Shown here: piece by piece, positions 12,381 to 24,439 of the stretch
How positions within the stretch are numbered: position 1 is the stretch's first letter
Layout: each line of letters begins with the position of its first letter
NCBI GenBank assembly: GCA_003344405.1
Contig: NOWV01000021.1
Location: 434,001-498,000 of the forward strand
Direction of reading: 5' to 3'
DNA length: 64,000 nt
From: Trichoplax sp. H2
Lineage: Eukaryota
Made by a program: the position numbers and the translations under genes
Notes under the pieces: model-generated
Told to the model about the DNA's origin: nothing
What the model saw: only the letters and a program-made list of their open reading frames with translations
Databases searched by the model: none

Positions 12381-14490
12381 GATGATCCAACGTGATGTCT
12401 GGTCTAAGGAAAGTGCAGCTAGGTATACAGCCTAGTAAAATCTTGCATTGCAGTGCTCTGGTCTGCACTGTCATGTGCACACCAGAGCCCTGTGCAGTTA
12501 GTCCGCGGTGCAGTTTACAGTACAGTACAGTATGGACGGTACTGTGTAATACATGCATAATACACTATACAGTACAGTACTGTACTGGACAGTGTGCAGT
12601 AGCGTGCTAGGCCCCCATACGGTGCTGATCATTAGATTCATATTGTAAGTAAAGTCATGGACTACTAGAAGTCCAGTTAAGTTTTAAAAGAGATTCTTCG
12701 ATGGAAACGTTTACAGCACTTTGGCAACACTACCAGAAATCAATTACTACAGTAGTCATTTCCAGTAGTGGATGACTTTGGTATTTTATAAAATTCTCTA
12801 TATTGCACCACTGCAATATAACCAGTGATAAGAATGATTCTTATTCTCTTAACGCAAATACTGTCAATCATATTCACTTGTAAATTTGTAAATTCAAAAC
12901 ACTAACTACTCAGACTAACTCAGTTCAGTACCATTCCAATTTAGAATAGTTAGTAATCCCTGGTTGCGATTAGCGTATTTCAATAACTTTGTTAACCATG
13001 ACTCTAGTTTTACAGTGTAGCATTGACTGTACAATGTGTACTGTGCATTAAGCAATTCATGGTCTACTCTAGTCCGACTAATCCACTCTAGGCCTGTAGA
13101 CGTCTCAGCACGATCACAGGACTCGCAAAGATGCCAAATTGAAACAGCAATCAAGAAATTTTCTAGTCCCATTCATTTACTCATTCACTTTCATTATATA
13201 ACATATACCGTTTTACAGTACAATTAATCACGCTACCTGCACTGCCAGTAGTAGATTACGAGTACGAACGAGCTAGGAATAAAAAATAGCATGTAATTTA
13301 AGTATAAATGATCTTTATTAACTCCGCGTAAACCGATCACTTATTCTATAAATTGCTGATCTTTTCAGCCATTAATTTAAAGTGATTGGGGGCTAGATTG
13401 AATTAATAATTAATTAATTTAAGAACTAACTTCTAGTGGACAATCTTGTAATCGTTAATTTCATATCCTCTTCTTCTTGTATCATTGATCGAGCTGGATG
13501 GATGAGCATTATGAATATAACGACGTTGCATATTCTATTAATTTACACCACGTACAAGTAGGTATTACTATTGAACATCTAATTGGTAGCAGTGCTGTGC
13601 AAAATAATATTGTTAATAACGGTTGCACTTACTCTCCGCGTCACACGGTACGATTAAAAAATTTTTTAGTATAAAGGATTCACAACGAATTGGACCACCA
13701 TCGGAAATCGAAAATAATACCCGCACCCATTTAATCGCATACAACACAGGACTGTGCATATGATGATAATGAAATGTAGTAACCCTAGTTGTATCAACCC
13801 GTTATTTAAACTACTACTCGTCAGTCGTCACTAACAGGAATTATAATTAAAATGTATAAAGAGTAACCCATAGAAAAAATATTCAATAGTAATAGAAATG
13901 GCATCATTACTGAATTTTACACCCTTATCTGTGATTAACAGTATTTGATAATATTATATTATCATTATTACCCCCCTCAGCTGATTATATAATATATAAA
14001 TTGTTGATCAATGATGTACAAAGTATAAAATTTTCTTTATAGCCATTTGATAACTGTAAGCAATAATTTAATAAGTCCACAAATCATATTAGAATAATTG
14101 GCATGATCATGATTTAGCTTCCCAAAAATGATCATACCTAATTTTATTTACGATCAACCAAACATGGAGATAGCAAATCAAGTACAAATTCTATTTACTA
14201 TACCAACAGTCATTCGTTATTACCATATTGAAATAATAAAGAGTGATAAGGCAATTAAAGTACTGTTATTGCGTTCGACAACGTAATTATCATTAACGAC
14301 TTCTAATTATGACAAGAAGACAAAATCGTCAAGCAACATTGATTCATTTATCGATGAATGATAATTCAGTTAATTAACTAAGATTCAGTTATTACGTGAG
14401 TACTTAAACATTAACGACTGTATCCGATGATGCTACTACTACGTAAGATTTAACTCTTTCCCTAGAAATTTCAACATCAAGTTAGTTAAT

Positions 14491-16796
14491 TTATTTGCTG
14501 CCACCAGCTGACAATTTACTCAAAATATCATCCTTGTCCAATTCATCTTTATCTGTTGCTTGAACATGCAAGTGAATACCATTTAATTCTTTCTTGAGAT
14601 TTTCTTTACTACTGGCATACACCATCTTTACTTTAATCTTTGCAGTATCCGGTACCCTACAAATTAATAAAGATAAGAAATAAACAGAATTGGTGTTCAA
14701 TTACTGATATGTCATAACATCTTAAAATAAGGGTGAGATTTTATAAAATATGTAATACTAGCAGTCATATTAACGTTACTTCCTTCCTTCTACTTATTTT
14801 GCGGAAGGACTTGTGTAAACATGCATAAGTATATCTAATTGTCAGTTAACATTCGAATAATACTGTAGATACTTTGTGTGAAAAGAAATTGAAATACCTA
14901 ATTCACATTGTCAACAGTCCTGGTAACTGTCTTTTACAATAGAGAAATCTAATCGACGACTTACCATGCAATGAGAACCAGTTTATTTCTTTCACCGCCA
15001 TCCGCGGTGAAATATTGGAAATCATAGACAGCAAAACGTCCATCATCTTCTGGTAATCGGGCAAGAAGATCTTCATAAGAACCTTCTGTAACTGCATCTT
15101 CAACCACAATTTGGGTTTTGTTATCATTCAATTTGAAAAGTATAAATTTGTATTTATGGCGCAGCTGGCAATCATCGTACGTTGATAAGACATTTTCACC
15201 TAATGTTACACCTGAAGTCTAGAATAAATACATATAAAATCAATTAGAGCTGACATTATTGGTGATGATCTATTTTACAAATAAAATATCGACTGCAAAG
15301 TAGACACAAATGAACGTATATCTTACTTAATTAACAAATAAATGCCTGTGAATATCCACTGCAAAAATAATGCATGAACATCGCGAATAAAATTAATAGT
15401 GATATACTAACGTTTCTAGATTTTCATTTAAAATGCAATGGTTTTCTATGCTGTATAACCGAGAAGGGTAGGACTTTAATAAATGATTGACAAGCAGTAC
15501 AGTTGAAGAAAGTACTGAGAGTCCTGAGGTGATAGGCATTTCTGTGAAAACCGTGAACGTGCAACTTGATTTCACCACATAATAAATCAAGTTAATCGAT
15601 AACATACTGTGTATACTGAAAATAAGTATGGGATATTTCTTTTAAGAATTTCTGCCTACGTCGATTACATCGATTGGCAATTACAACATGCCAAAGTACG
15701 GGTTAGTAAACAACCTCTACCGTTATATTGCAGCTAGCTTCTGGAATGCTGTCTATTAGTACTTCATCACTCAAGGCGAATATTTGTAGCGTGTTATATA
15801 CGGTATACTAATAAAGGTACTGTACCGTATGATTTGGTCTCTTACTCTTATTACCTACAGTACTCCCATATGTGTCTTCTTTATTGGTTTCGGAGTGGAT
15901 TCAGCGGGAAAATATAGCATTCGATGACGACTGGCCTAGGCTAAAACTACTTTCTCAATTTCTGCGATTGGCTTGTAAGTTCCAACCAAGTATGTGCAAT
16001 GATTCAATTATTATCCTTTACTAATTTGAAACACTAGAACGCTTTCGGTTTAATTTTCTGTCCATTTTTAAAGCGTATATGCGTCGAGTCTATAAGCGCG
16101 AAAGACTTCACCGTCATGTGCCGAAATGGCTAGAAATCGAATCTTTGGAATTCAAAAAGAAAACTACTGTACCTGTCGCCACTTTAAAGTGTTGATAATT
16201 GAATTGTAGACTGAATTTGTTCAGTGTCTGTAGGGTTTGGCATTATTGTTAATCTATTTCGACATCCTACAATTATCCGCTAGCGATGTGTAAAACTGAC
16301 CAGCATTACGAAATGTTAGCGTCCAGTATTGGTGTAAGATACAGACTACTGTACTGTGCAGCAAGAGTAGAATTATAAAAGCGGAGAACGCATGTTGGCC
16401 GATCCAATTTGTGTTGGAAAAAAATGAAAAGACTACACCAATCAATATACACTACAATTTACGCAGTGGTCGAATATACTTTTAAAAATTGCAGACTTAT
16501 TTCATAGGAATGAAGAAATTGACTATATCCTCATGGTATGCCTTTCAGCAGTCCAAACAGTACCGTACCGTACCGTATAGTACATGCAAACTACTGCAAT
16601 TGTATGCGTACTACCAAATCTGATTGGCCATTTATCATGTCCAACCAGCAACGGTGCAAAAGATGATATTTTCAACATCATATACTGTACAGTAGGATAC
16701 GTACATCCAATGAAACTCCAAAAAATAAGACTATTTTATAGAACCTAGGATAGAATAGCAGTATTGCCCAAAAAATCGCTAAGATAGACCTACCAT
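14491..16796 (-). CDS. CFL: Cofilin / actin-depolymerizing factor, about 140 aa; exons 16796-16794 (ATG only), 15218-14965, 14656-14491
   Basis: M|TSGVTLGENVLSTYDDCQLRHKYKFILFKLND..RFAVYDFQY..RNKLVLIAW|VPDTAKIKVKMVYASSKENLKKELNGIHLHVQATDKDELD is an ADF-H fold with the Ser3 site. An ATG-only first coding exon is typical of the family; its position (aaaATG|gtaggt) is inferred. Confidence 0.95.
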
Positions 16797-16910
16797 TTTC
16801 AATCTTGGAAGGCTATACGGCTGAGTTCAAAACTGGAGACAAAACCACACCTAAGCAGAGGGCACACTCGTGAAAAAAATTGACGCTTCCCAAGCCAATC
16901 AAGTCCACGG

Positions 16911-17552
16911 TATTTATACAGTTGGAGCTGCGATCGATCAATGATGAAAATGGTCCAATTGACCAAATATGGACAAGATGAAATTCATTACAATAATCAT
17001 TAGCCAATCGAAAGGCTCGGCTGTCGCTCAAACGTTTCAACCGCATCATAATGCGGCTGCGTATACAACTTTCCTTGGCGTGGCCCAGACTGGAGTCCTA
17101 GTACGGTACTTCAGTTTACAGTACTAGCTTCGTAATACCCGTTGTACAGTACTGTAAATTGAATGCTGTCCAATCGTTGCTCAGCAGTCACCGTACAAAT
17201 TACTCGTATTACTTCGCGTTTACTGACAGTATTGTATGTCGTCATTTTTTATTTTCATTTTTCTATCGCTTTCTAGGACGAATTGACGATGCACCAAAAT
17301 AACCAAATGCACTGTATTGATCGATGAATGATGAAAATTATCCCGTTGACCAATTATGGATAAGATGAGATTCATTCATTAATCTTTAACCAATATAGCA
17401 GTAAACAAGGCTGTACACTACAGTGTACAGTGTACACTGTACAGTACTGTACTGTACTGTATATACAGTACCGTACACCGTATTGCACGTACAGTACAGT
17501 ACAGTACAGTACAGCACTGTACTGTAATGAATCTCATTTTCTCCATATTTGG
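16911..17552 (-). promoter_or_regulatory. Cofilin promoter: TATA box, CCAAT boxes and three perfect CArG (SRF) boxes
   Basis: TATAAATA on the minus strand at 16911-16918; CCAAATATGG 16963-16972, CCAATTATGG 17350-17359, CCATATTTGG 17543-17552; CCAAT at 17004 and 17170. Confidence 0.65.
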
Positions 17553-20500
17553 GTAAAATGATCATCATCATTCGTCATCATCATTCATTTTTTCATCATT
17601 AATCCAGCAGAAGCTCGAACAATTGGTGCAAAAACACCTGATTATCTTAGTAATAATCGAAGTCAATACTACTGTTACTGTTAGTCTTTCGTGATATAAT
17701 AGAAGTGGGGCTTACAGTAGTTGTTGGCATTCTAAAATACAGAAACAGTATGGGAAACTCCACAGTAATTCTTTGAATTTGCTGTTGTTGACATTTTAGT
17801 AAGATAAAGTATATGAAACTACAGTATGTACAGTACATACAGTACAATAACAAAATGACAAGAGAAACAGTACAGTAAAGTAGATTGCTGACGACTCCCA
17901 AAGTGTCGTGGAGTACAGTATACTTACTGTACTGTACTGACTATTATTTAAAATGGAGACTAGTTGCCGTGTTATTTCAACTGTAATAACGTATATATCA
18001 GCTAGAGATATAATATAAACATGGATACTGCAGTGTCCTTTTATCTCCCAATACAGTCAATAGCTTACGTAATCCTCAACTCAATCGTCAGCTGATCGTC
18101 TGATATAACAGAGAGGTATTGCTAATTTATTTATGCAATAGTTTTTATACTAGGGGTTATGACGCATCAAGGGTGCGTTAGGTAATTGTTCGATCAAGCT
18201 TTGATGTCAACAATTACATATTGCTCACATATTGGAAAATAGATCAAAAATTACGATAATTAGTATACAGTTGTAGCTCACGTTATATACCTATATCGAT
18301 TACAAAGCATATAGCACTAACTTAATCAGGCTATAGCAGGAAAGGCATGGATTAAAATATCCAAGACTCGCAAGATTGCACAATTGATTCCAATAATAGA
18401 TCAAAAATTAATCTGTACCTATGGCTCGTAAGATTGATTACATAACTGATTCGATAAAGATCCAAAGATATATATAGAACAGATTACATCATACGTACTT
18501 ATACCTAAAGTATAGCAGTATTACTAATAATATTAAAACTACGATCATATCGAGGATAATCTGTATCATCTTGTATGAAAATATGAGTCATCCTTCATAT
18601 TTACAATTTTCAAATTTATGGTGCGCTATTGCTGTCAGAAAATACAAAGATGTGCACCCTTCATTTAGTAATGAAACAGTAATGCTCGATGATACGCTTT
18701 GAAGCAATCATATATATTTGGCTGGTGTAGAACTAGTAACAAACATCTGATTCAATTTCAAATTACAACTCTCAATGTAGTAATTTTACTTTTAAATTTA
18801 TTATCTGAATATTGAGAAGTTAATAGACAAAGTAAACTATTGTTTACGCTATAGTATTTAAGTAAAATTTTACCCAACGGGAAACAAAATTGCTTTCCCA
18901 AACATGACCAACAAGATACATACATATTTACAGCGATTTATATGACTGAAAGAATTTTTGGCATCTTTCCTGCTAGACTAGTAAATTACTATTTCAGACT
19001 GCTTTACATTTTAGCTTAATGTCGATTAATGAAGTCAAAAACTAGCCTTATGTAATAAAATTCACAGTAATCTAAACCTTGTTAGATAATGATAAGCTAT
19101 TTTATTACGTTTGTGGGGAGATCAGTATCGAGACCAGAGATTGAGGAACTAGACTATAATAAGTAAAACTTAACCTATATGCAACGATCTTATGCATTAG
19201 TGATTCGCACTATACATTGTATATTACACATTAGTGATTACCTTATTAGATAAGATTGCTGACGTTAACACAATTAAGATATGGTCTCTGTACTAATATA
19301 AATCCTTCTGTACTGACACTAGTAATTATTCTTATCAATTAATGTTACATTCGTCCCCTAGAATTTCGAAGAAATAAAATTACGGATAAATTCTAAACAA
19401 CAAGTCACAATCATTTTATTTATTATAACAATCTTGACAATGCATCAGCATTATTGTTGGTATGACCTGTAACTAGTATTAATTGATATTAAAACAGGCA
19501 ACAGTACAGATTTTTATATATCTAAACATAATTACCACGACAAGTTCCTGAAAAAAATTTCTACGTTTTTTCCTCATTTATACAAAGCAAAACCTTGAAC
19601 TATGATACTTTATAAATGTATATCTGTAGCATACCGTAACAACCAGTTTTTCTAACAATGCCATTCGGTATCATTATCAAGCTATATCATTTAGAATTAA
19701 TTCATAATCAAATCCCTTGTCAAGACGTTGTGAAATTGTCATACTTGTTTTTCTTACTGAAGATATACCCATATGAGTCATTAATACCATACTATCTATT
19801 AAATTATATAATACCGTATAATTAATTATTAATTGTAAACACCTCTACGCGTAAAAAACCAACAGGTTACAGACAGTATGATATACTGTACAGCACAGTA
19901 GAGATTCTAAAAGGACCTTTTATTAGGATCCCAACTATGGTACAGTAAACCAGAGATGAGCCGTTCGCGAATTTTTAACAAACTAATGCACCTACTGTTA
20001 TATCTCGCCTAAATAAATCAAACAAAAGCCAAATGATATTGATAATAATAATAATGACTATCATAAATTGTCATAAAGCCCTAATCATGTTTCACCTTGA
20101 TTTTGAGCTAATTTAAGCTGACTTTGTCTATACTAATCAGGAGCTTTCGAAAGACTGCGTGGGATAAATCAACTATATACGCGTATATATAACTATTATA
20201 ATATAATTTATCAAACAGTACAGTATAAGGATTTACTGTAATTTGAACGTACAGTGATTTATACGCGTATCATAGTTTTGTAAAGTACTGTACAGTACAG
20301 CCAAGAGCTTCCGAAAGCACTACACTGTATTATAAAGCTAAGCAGCACTTTCCAAAGCAATTTAAGTCTAGCTGGCTTAGTATTATTAATTTGACCGGAT
20401 CATTGACACCGAAGTGAGTGGTAGGTAATGCTGCAAAATTTTTTTAGCTATATATTGACAGCGAGGCAGCATTCAACTAGTAGACATGCTGCGGTTGCAT

Positions 20501-21453
20501 TACTAACTACTTTAGTACTTTACTGAAGCAGCTTTAGAACTACAGTACTTGGAATTTTGGATCGCTCTAATTTCACCTAATTGGTGATCCAAGTACTCAA
20601 TTAATCTACAAATGTAAGAACAATTCATTAAAGACTTGATTCGGACATAAAGCTCTGTGATGCAGCATGATATAGCTCATTACTTGATCCCTATTCCTTA
20701 GCTAATACAGTATGTAATTTCTGTGTAATCTCGTGGTACTACATAATGAGCATCTTGCTTTAAAGTCGAAACTGGAATGGCACGTCAGTCATCTGCAACT
20801 TAGCTAAAGAATACGCTGAATATCTGCTTTTAGAAAGGCGTGTAATATAGATAGTCAATGCACAATTATAACAAACTACAAAATACTATAACTTACAATT
20901 GTGTGTAAATTAATAATATCTGTGATAATACGAACACATCTAGCTTGTACTAGCTTATCTTAGCTGTATCTTTGTAATGGAAAAAGGCTAACAAAGTAAT
21001 CTTGATATTCCTAGGCATTACTTCATGCAAGTGTACTGTATTTTATGAAACGATTTCCGGAAGCAAATTAAGATTTTAGGGTGTCGATATACCTATACAA
21101 AAGTGCTAACTAGGCAATGTATAGCATCCATACTTGCATAGCATGTAAAGTCTACTTAACTTTAATAAAGCGCCGCAATTTTATGTTGGTAGTTCTACCC
21201 AATTCACTAATACTTTACTAATCATACATCACATAAATAATTTATGGGTATTTATTACACCAAATGAGCTTATAAATCTTTATAGATTGTATCATGAAGC
21301 TTTAAGTTGATAATTTATAGAATATAGTCTACGTATAATATATTAAAAATGTTCTTGATAGTTAGCTAACAAGCGAAGCATATAAGTCTGTCCATTCACC
21401 TTGTAACCCTAACGACAAAACTCACAAAAGTATTACATGTATAGTACAAAGTT

Positions 21454-22563
21454 TTAACTCTTCTTATTATCTTCGGCTATTTTAAAGCCTTCTTTCTCTA
21501 GCTTTTCTTTGTAATCGTCAAATATGCGCTTCCGATCAAAATAGGATACCTACAAACATCAAGAAAGAATCATTAGAAAAAGGTGCTGCTTTACAATACG
21601 CTGATCGCAAGGTACTGTGCTGTATCAAGACTTCTAGAATTAACTTCATTACCACAAATGACATCATTGTACAAGTCTCCAAAGACGTAGTACAGTCGAC
21701 TCTGTACACTGTACAGTATAGTCTCACATCTTGTATAATTAATCAATGTAATACATCTACGTAGATTGTTTGAGAGCTGGGGTAATAGTGAATTGTGCAG
21801 CACGGGATAAGGTTACATTTATACGTGCAATGTCGTCGCATGCTTTACAATCCCTATGCATTTATGTCCAACTATATCTTTTTTACAGCAGTTATACTGT
21901 CATAGTACAGTATACGAGTAATATGTCATGCTATGTAGTATGGACACTTTTATATTACTAATACTGTAACTTACAATTACATGTTTTAAACTAACAGCAT
22001 TTACTTTAAGCTATCTGTAGTAAATTATCTTACAGTAGTCGGCGATAATACTGTAATACTGTACACATCCACTCAATGAAATTAATACAGGATATTTAAG
22101 AGCTAAAATGACGTTACTGCAAAAAAACAGTTTACGAACTACAATGGCGTCTAGCGTGTCTCTAGTGTTCTATTTTAGGAGGAAATTAGCTTAACAATAT
22201 TATAATACGTATAGCATAGGTGTAGTGTAACTACGTTGATATTGTAAGAAACCTAACTCACTTATTAACTTAATTGGCTACAGCTAGTTATACCGATACT
22301 AACGGTCACTGCAAAGCCTGTCCTATTTTTGAATGCTGCAGATTTATGGTAAATTATGGTGATCTACAAAGACAGTAAAGTATTCTTAAGGTACGTGTAG
22401 TTTATGCAAACTAACTAACCCACGATGGTAAGCACTTTTCATGGTATTCTTTCTTGAGTGCATCACATAGCGATTGATTAGCTGGATTTTTGATTCTGCA
22501 TTCGTAATATTCGTCCCTTGCACGATAACATGCTTTCCTACCGGTAGCACTGATGTCAGGCAT
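21454..22563 (-). CDS. COA6: Cytochrome c oxidase assembly factor 6 (COX6B-like twin-Cys protein), 79 aa; exons 22563-22420 and 21549-21454
   Basis: MPDISATGRKACYRARDEYYECRIKNPANQSLCDALKKEYHEKCLPSW|VSYFDRKRIFDDYKEKLEKEGFKIAEDNKKS*: CX9C..CX10C, R..C..ARD.Y..C and W..YFD.KR..F..YKEK patterns of COA6. Confidence 0.88.
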
Positions 22564-23069
22564 CTCTGCGGCACTTCTAGCCGTTGAGCCTACCACACTA
22601 CTTCTTTATAAGAGACTATGGCTAGTCTAGACCTGACATTGGCTACTGTACAGTACAGTGTGCAGCGTACAATGTACAGTGTAAAGTACTGTTCATAATG
22701 GTGCAACAGGTGCACTGGTGCAGCCCGCAGCAGCAGCCGTACAGAACCTAGGACGCGTTTACCGGATCCAACCGATCAATCCAGTTCTCCCGGAGTCATT
22801 TCTAAAATCTCATAGAGATTGGTATTATTCAGCTCCGTGCGTCTACGCATGTACAGTACGGCATCACGGCCATACCGAATTGCGGGAACACAGCTAGGCC
22901 TGTTCTCTCTTTAGTGGTCCTATTTTAAACAGCATGTTACATACTGTAGTAACTGTACGTACACTCGTACAGTAGATCAAATCATCAAATCCATATTCAA
23001 TCAAACTGGGTAGAATCAGGGCTTTCATGTAGTTAGTCGAAAAGAAGAAGAGTCCCTGAAAGAAATCTG

Positions 23070-23510
23070 CAGTACAGTAGAAGACAGTGTACAGTACAGT
23101 ACAACATGCACAGTGCGCACTGTACACTGTACACTGTACTGTACTGTACAGTATACGCATACTGTACAGTACAGTATACGCATACTGTACAGTACAGTAC
23201 GCAGTACAACATGCACAGTCCTAAAATTTACACTGTACTGTATAGAATTTAGAATTTAAGGCAAATTTTGCAACTTTACTACAATTTATTTTGCCTAATA
23301 GCACTCTAAAGAGAACTGGCTCACACCAGTACAGTGTACAATACAACATCCACAGTGCGCACTGTACACTGTACACTGTACGGTACATACAGTACAGTGT
23401 ACAGTACAACATCCACGATGCGCATTGTATTGTACACTGTACACTGTACAGTATACGCATACAGTACTGTACAGTATAGTACACAACTAGCAGCATTGCA
23501 CTGCGCATAA
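23070..23510. repeat. Low-complexity ACAGT/ACTGT pentamer-based repeat between the divergent COA6 and CCDC61 genes
   Basis: Runs such as gtacagtacagtacaac, actgtacactgtacactgtactgtactgtacagtatacgcat, repeated several times. Confidence 0.8.
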
Positions 23511-24439
23511 TTAAAGTCGACGTTGACAGCGTAGGTGGTCAACGAAACGTTGGAAATTTCACCAGCTTTGTAAGTAAAACTATCCAATTTGCTGCATAAA
23601 CATAAACATTATTTAGCCATACATGTAATTCAATTTGTGATCTGCAATCCATTACACCAATACACCGATCATTATCTTGAATATGATAGAATTATTAGTT
23701 ACAACCGTATCTCTGAAACATAAAATTTCAAATTTCTTAAAATAGACGCGCGTACTTCTACATGATTCAATTCAATTCGGTCCAACATTAGTAGACGAAC
23801 GGAATTATATTGATTGACAATTATGTTTGATTTGATTATTCATTTTATTTTTATCTACCGTTAGAACTCGATATATATCACTAAATGACTTTATTGGATT
23901 AACTATTGTGCATATTTGAGTTCTATTTTATATTAGAGCATACACTAAATAATTTAGGTCAAATTTTTTACAAGATAAACATGGTCTGATTGTTTTATAT
24001 CTGCATCATTCTTCTATGAAATTCATTCCCAAACGATCGAATAGTATTATCATAAATAAATTCATCAGTCAATCAATTAAAGGATTGTATCAATCTGGCT
24101 ATTTTATCCTAGCTCGTATCACTTATCGTCACAAGTTGATATTGATGATTTTCGAATTCAACAACCACCAAGGTTCAATTTAGATCAATCATCATAACTG
24201 CAAAATATTTGTAGATATATCAGCATTAGTTGTAATGATTTACCATCAAATCATGTTATCATATTCAAGCTTAACACGGATTATCGTACAATCAAAGAGT
24301 ATTACCGCTACTAATTGAATAAATTATAAATAGGAATAAATACAATCTATCGGAACGATTAACACACACTTATCGTTGTCTATCTAGATTAACGATTTAA
24401 AAGGCCTGTTTGAACTCATAGTCCAAAACAACAGTTATC

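Noticed and set aside
12915..13510. Small gene between TIMM50 and cofilin
   Set aside because: Only a short unrecognised ORF and one donor-like site; no consistent exon chain.
22894..23587. Cys/Tyr/Thr/Val-rich ORFs in the ORF track (also at 12358-12610 and 17386-17901)
   Set aside because: They are translations of ACAGT/ACTGT repeats that stay open in several frames on both strands.
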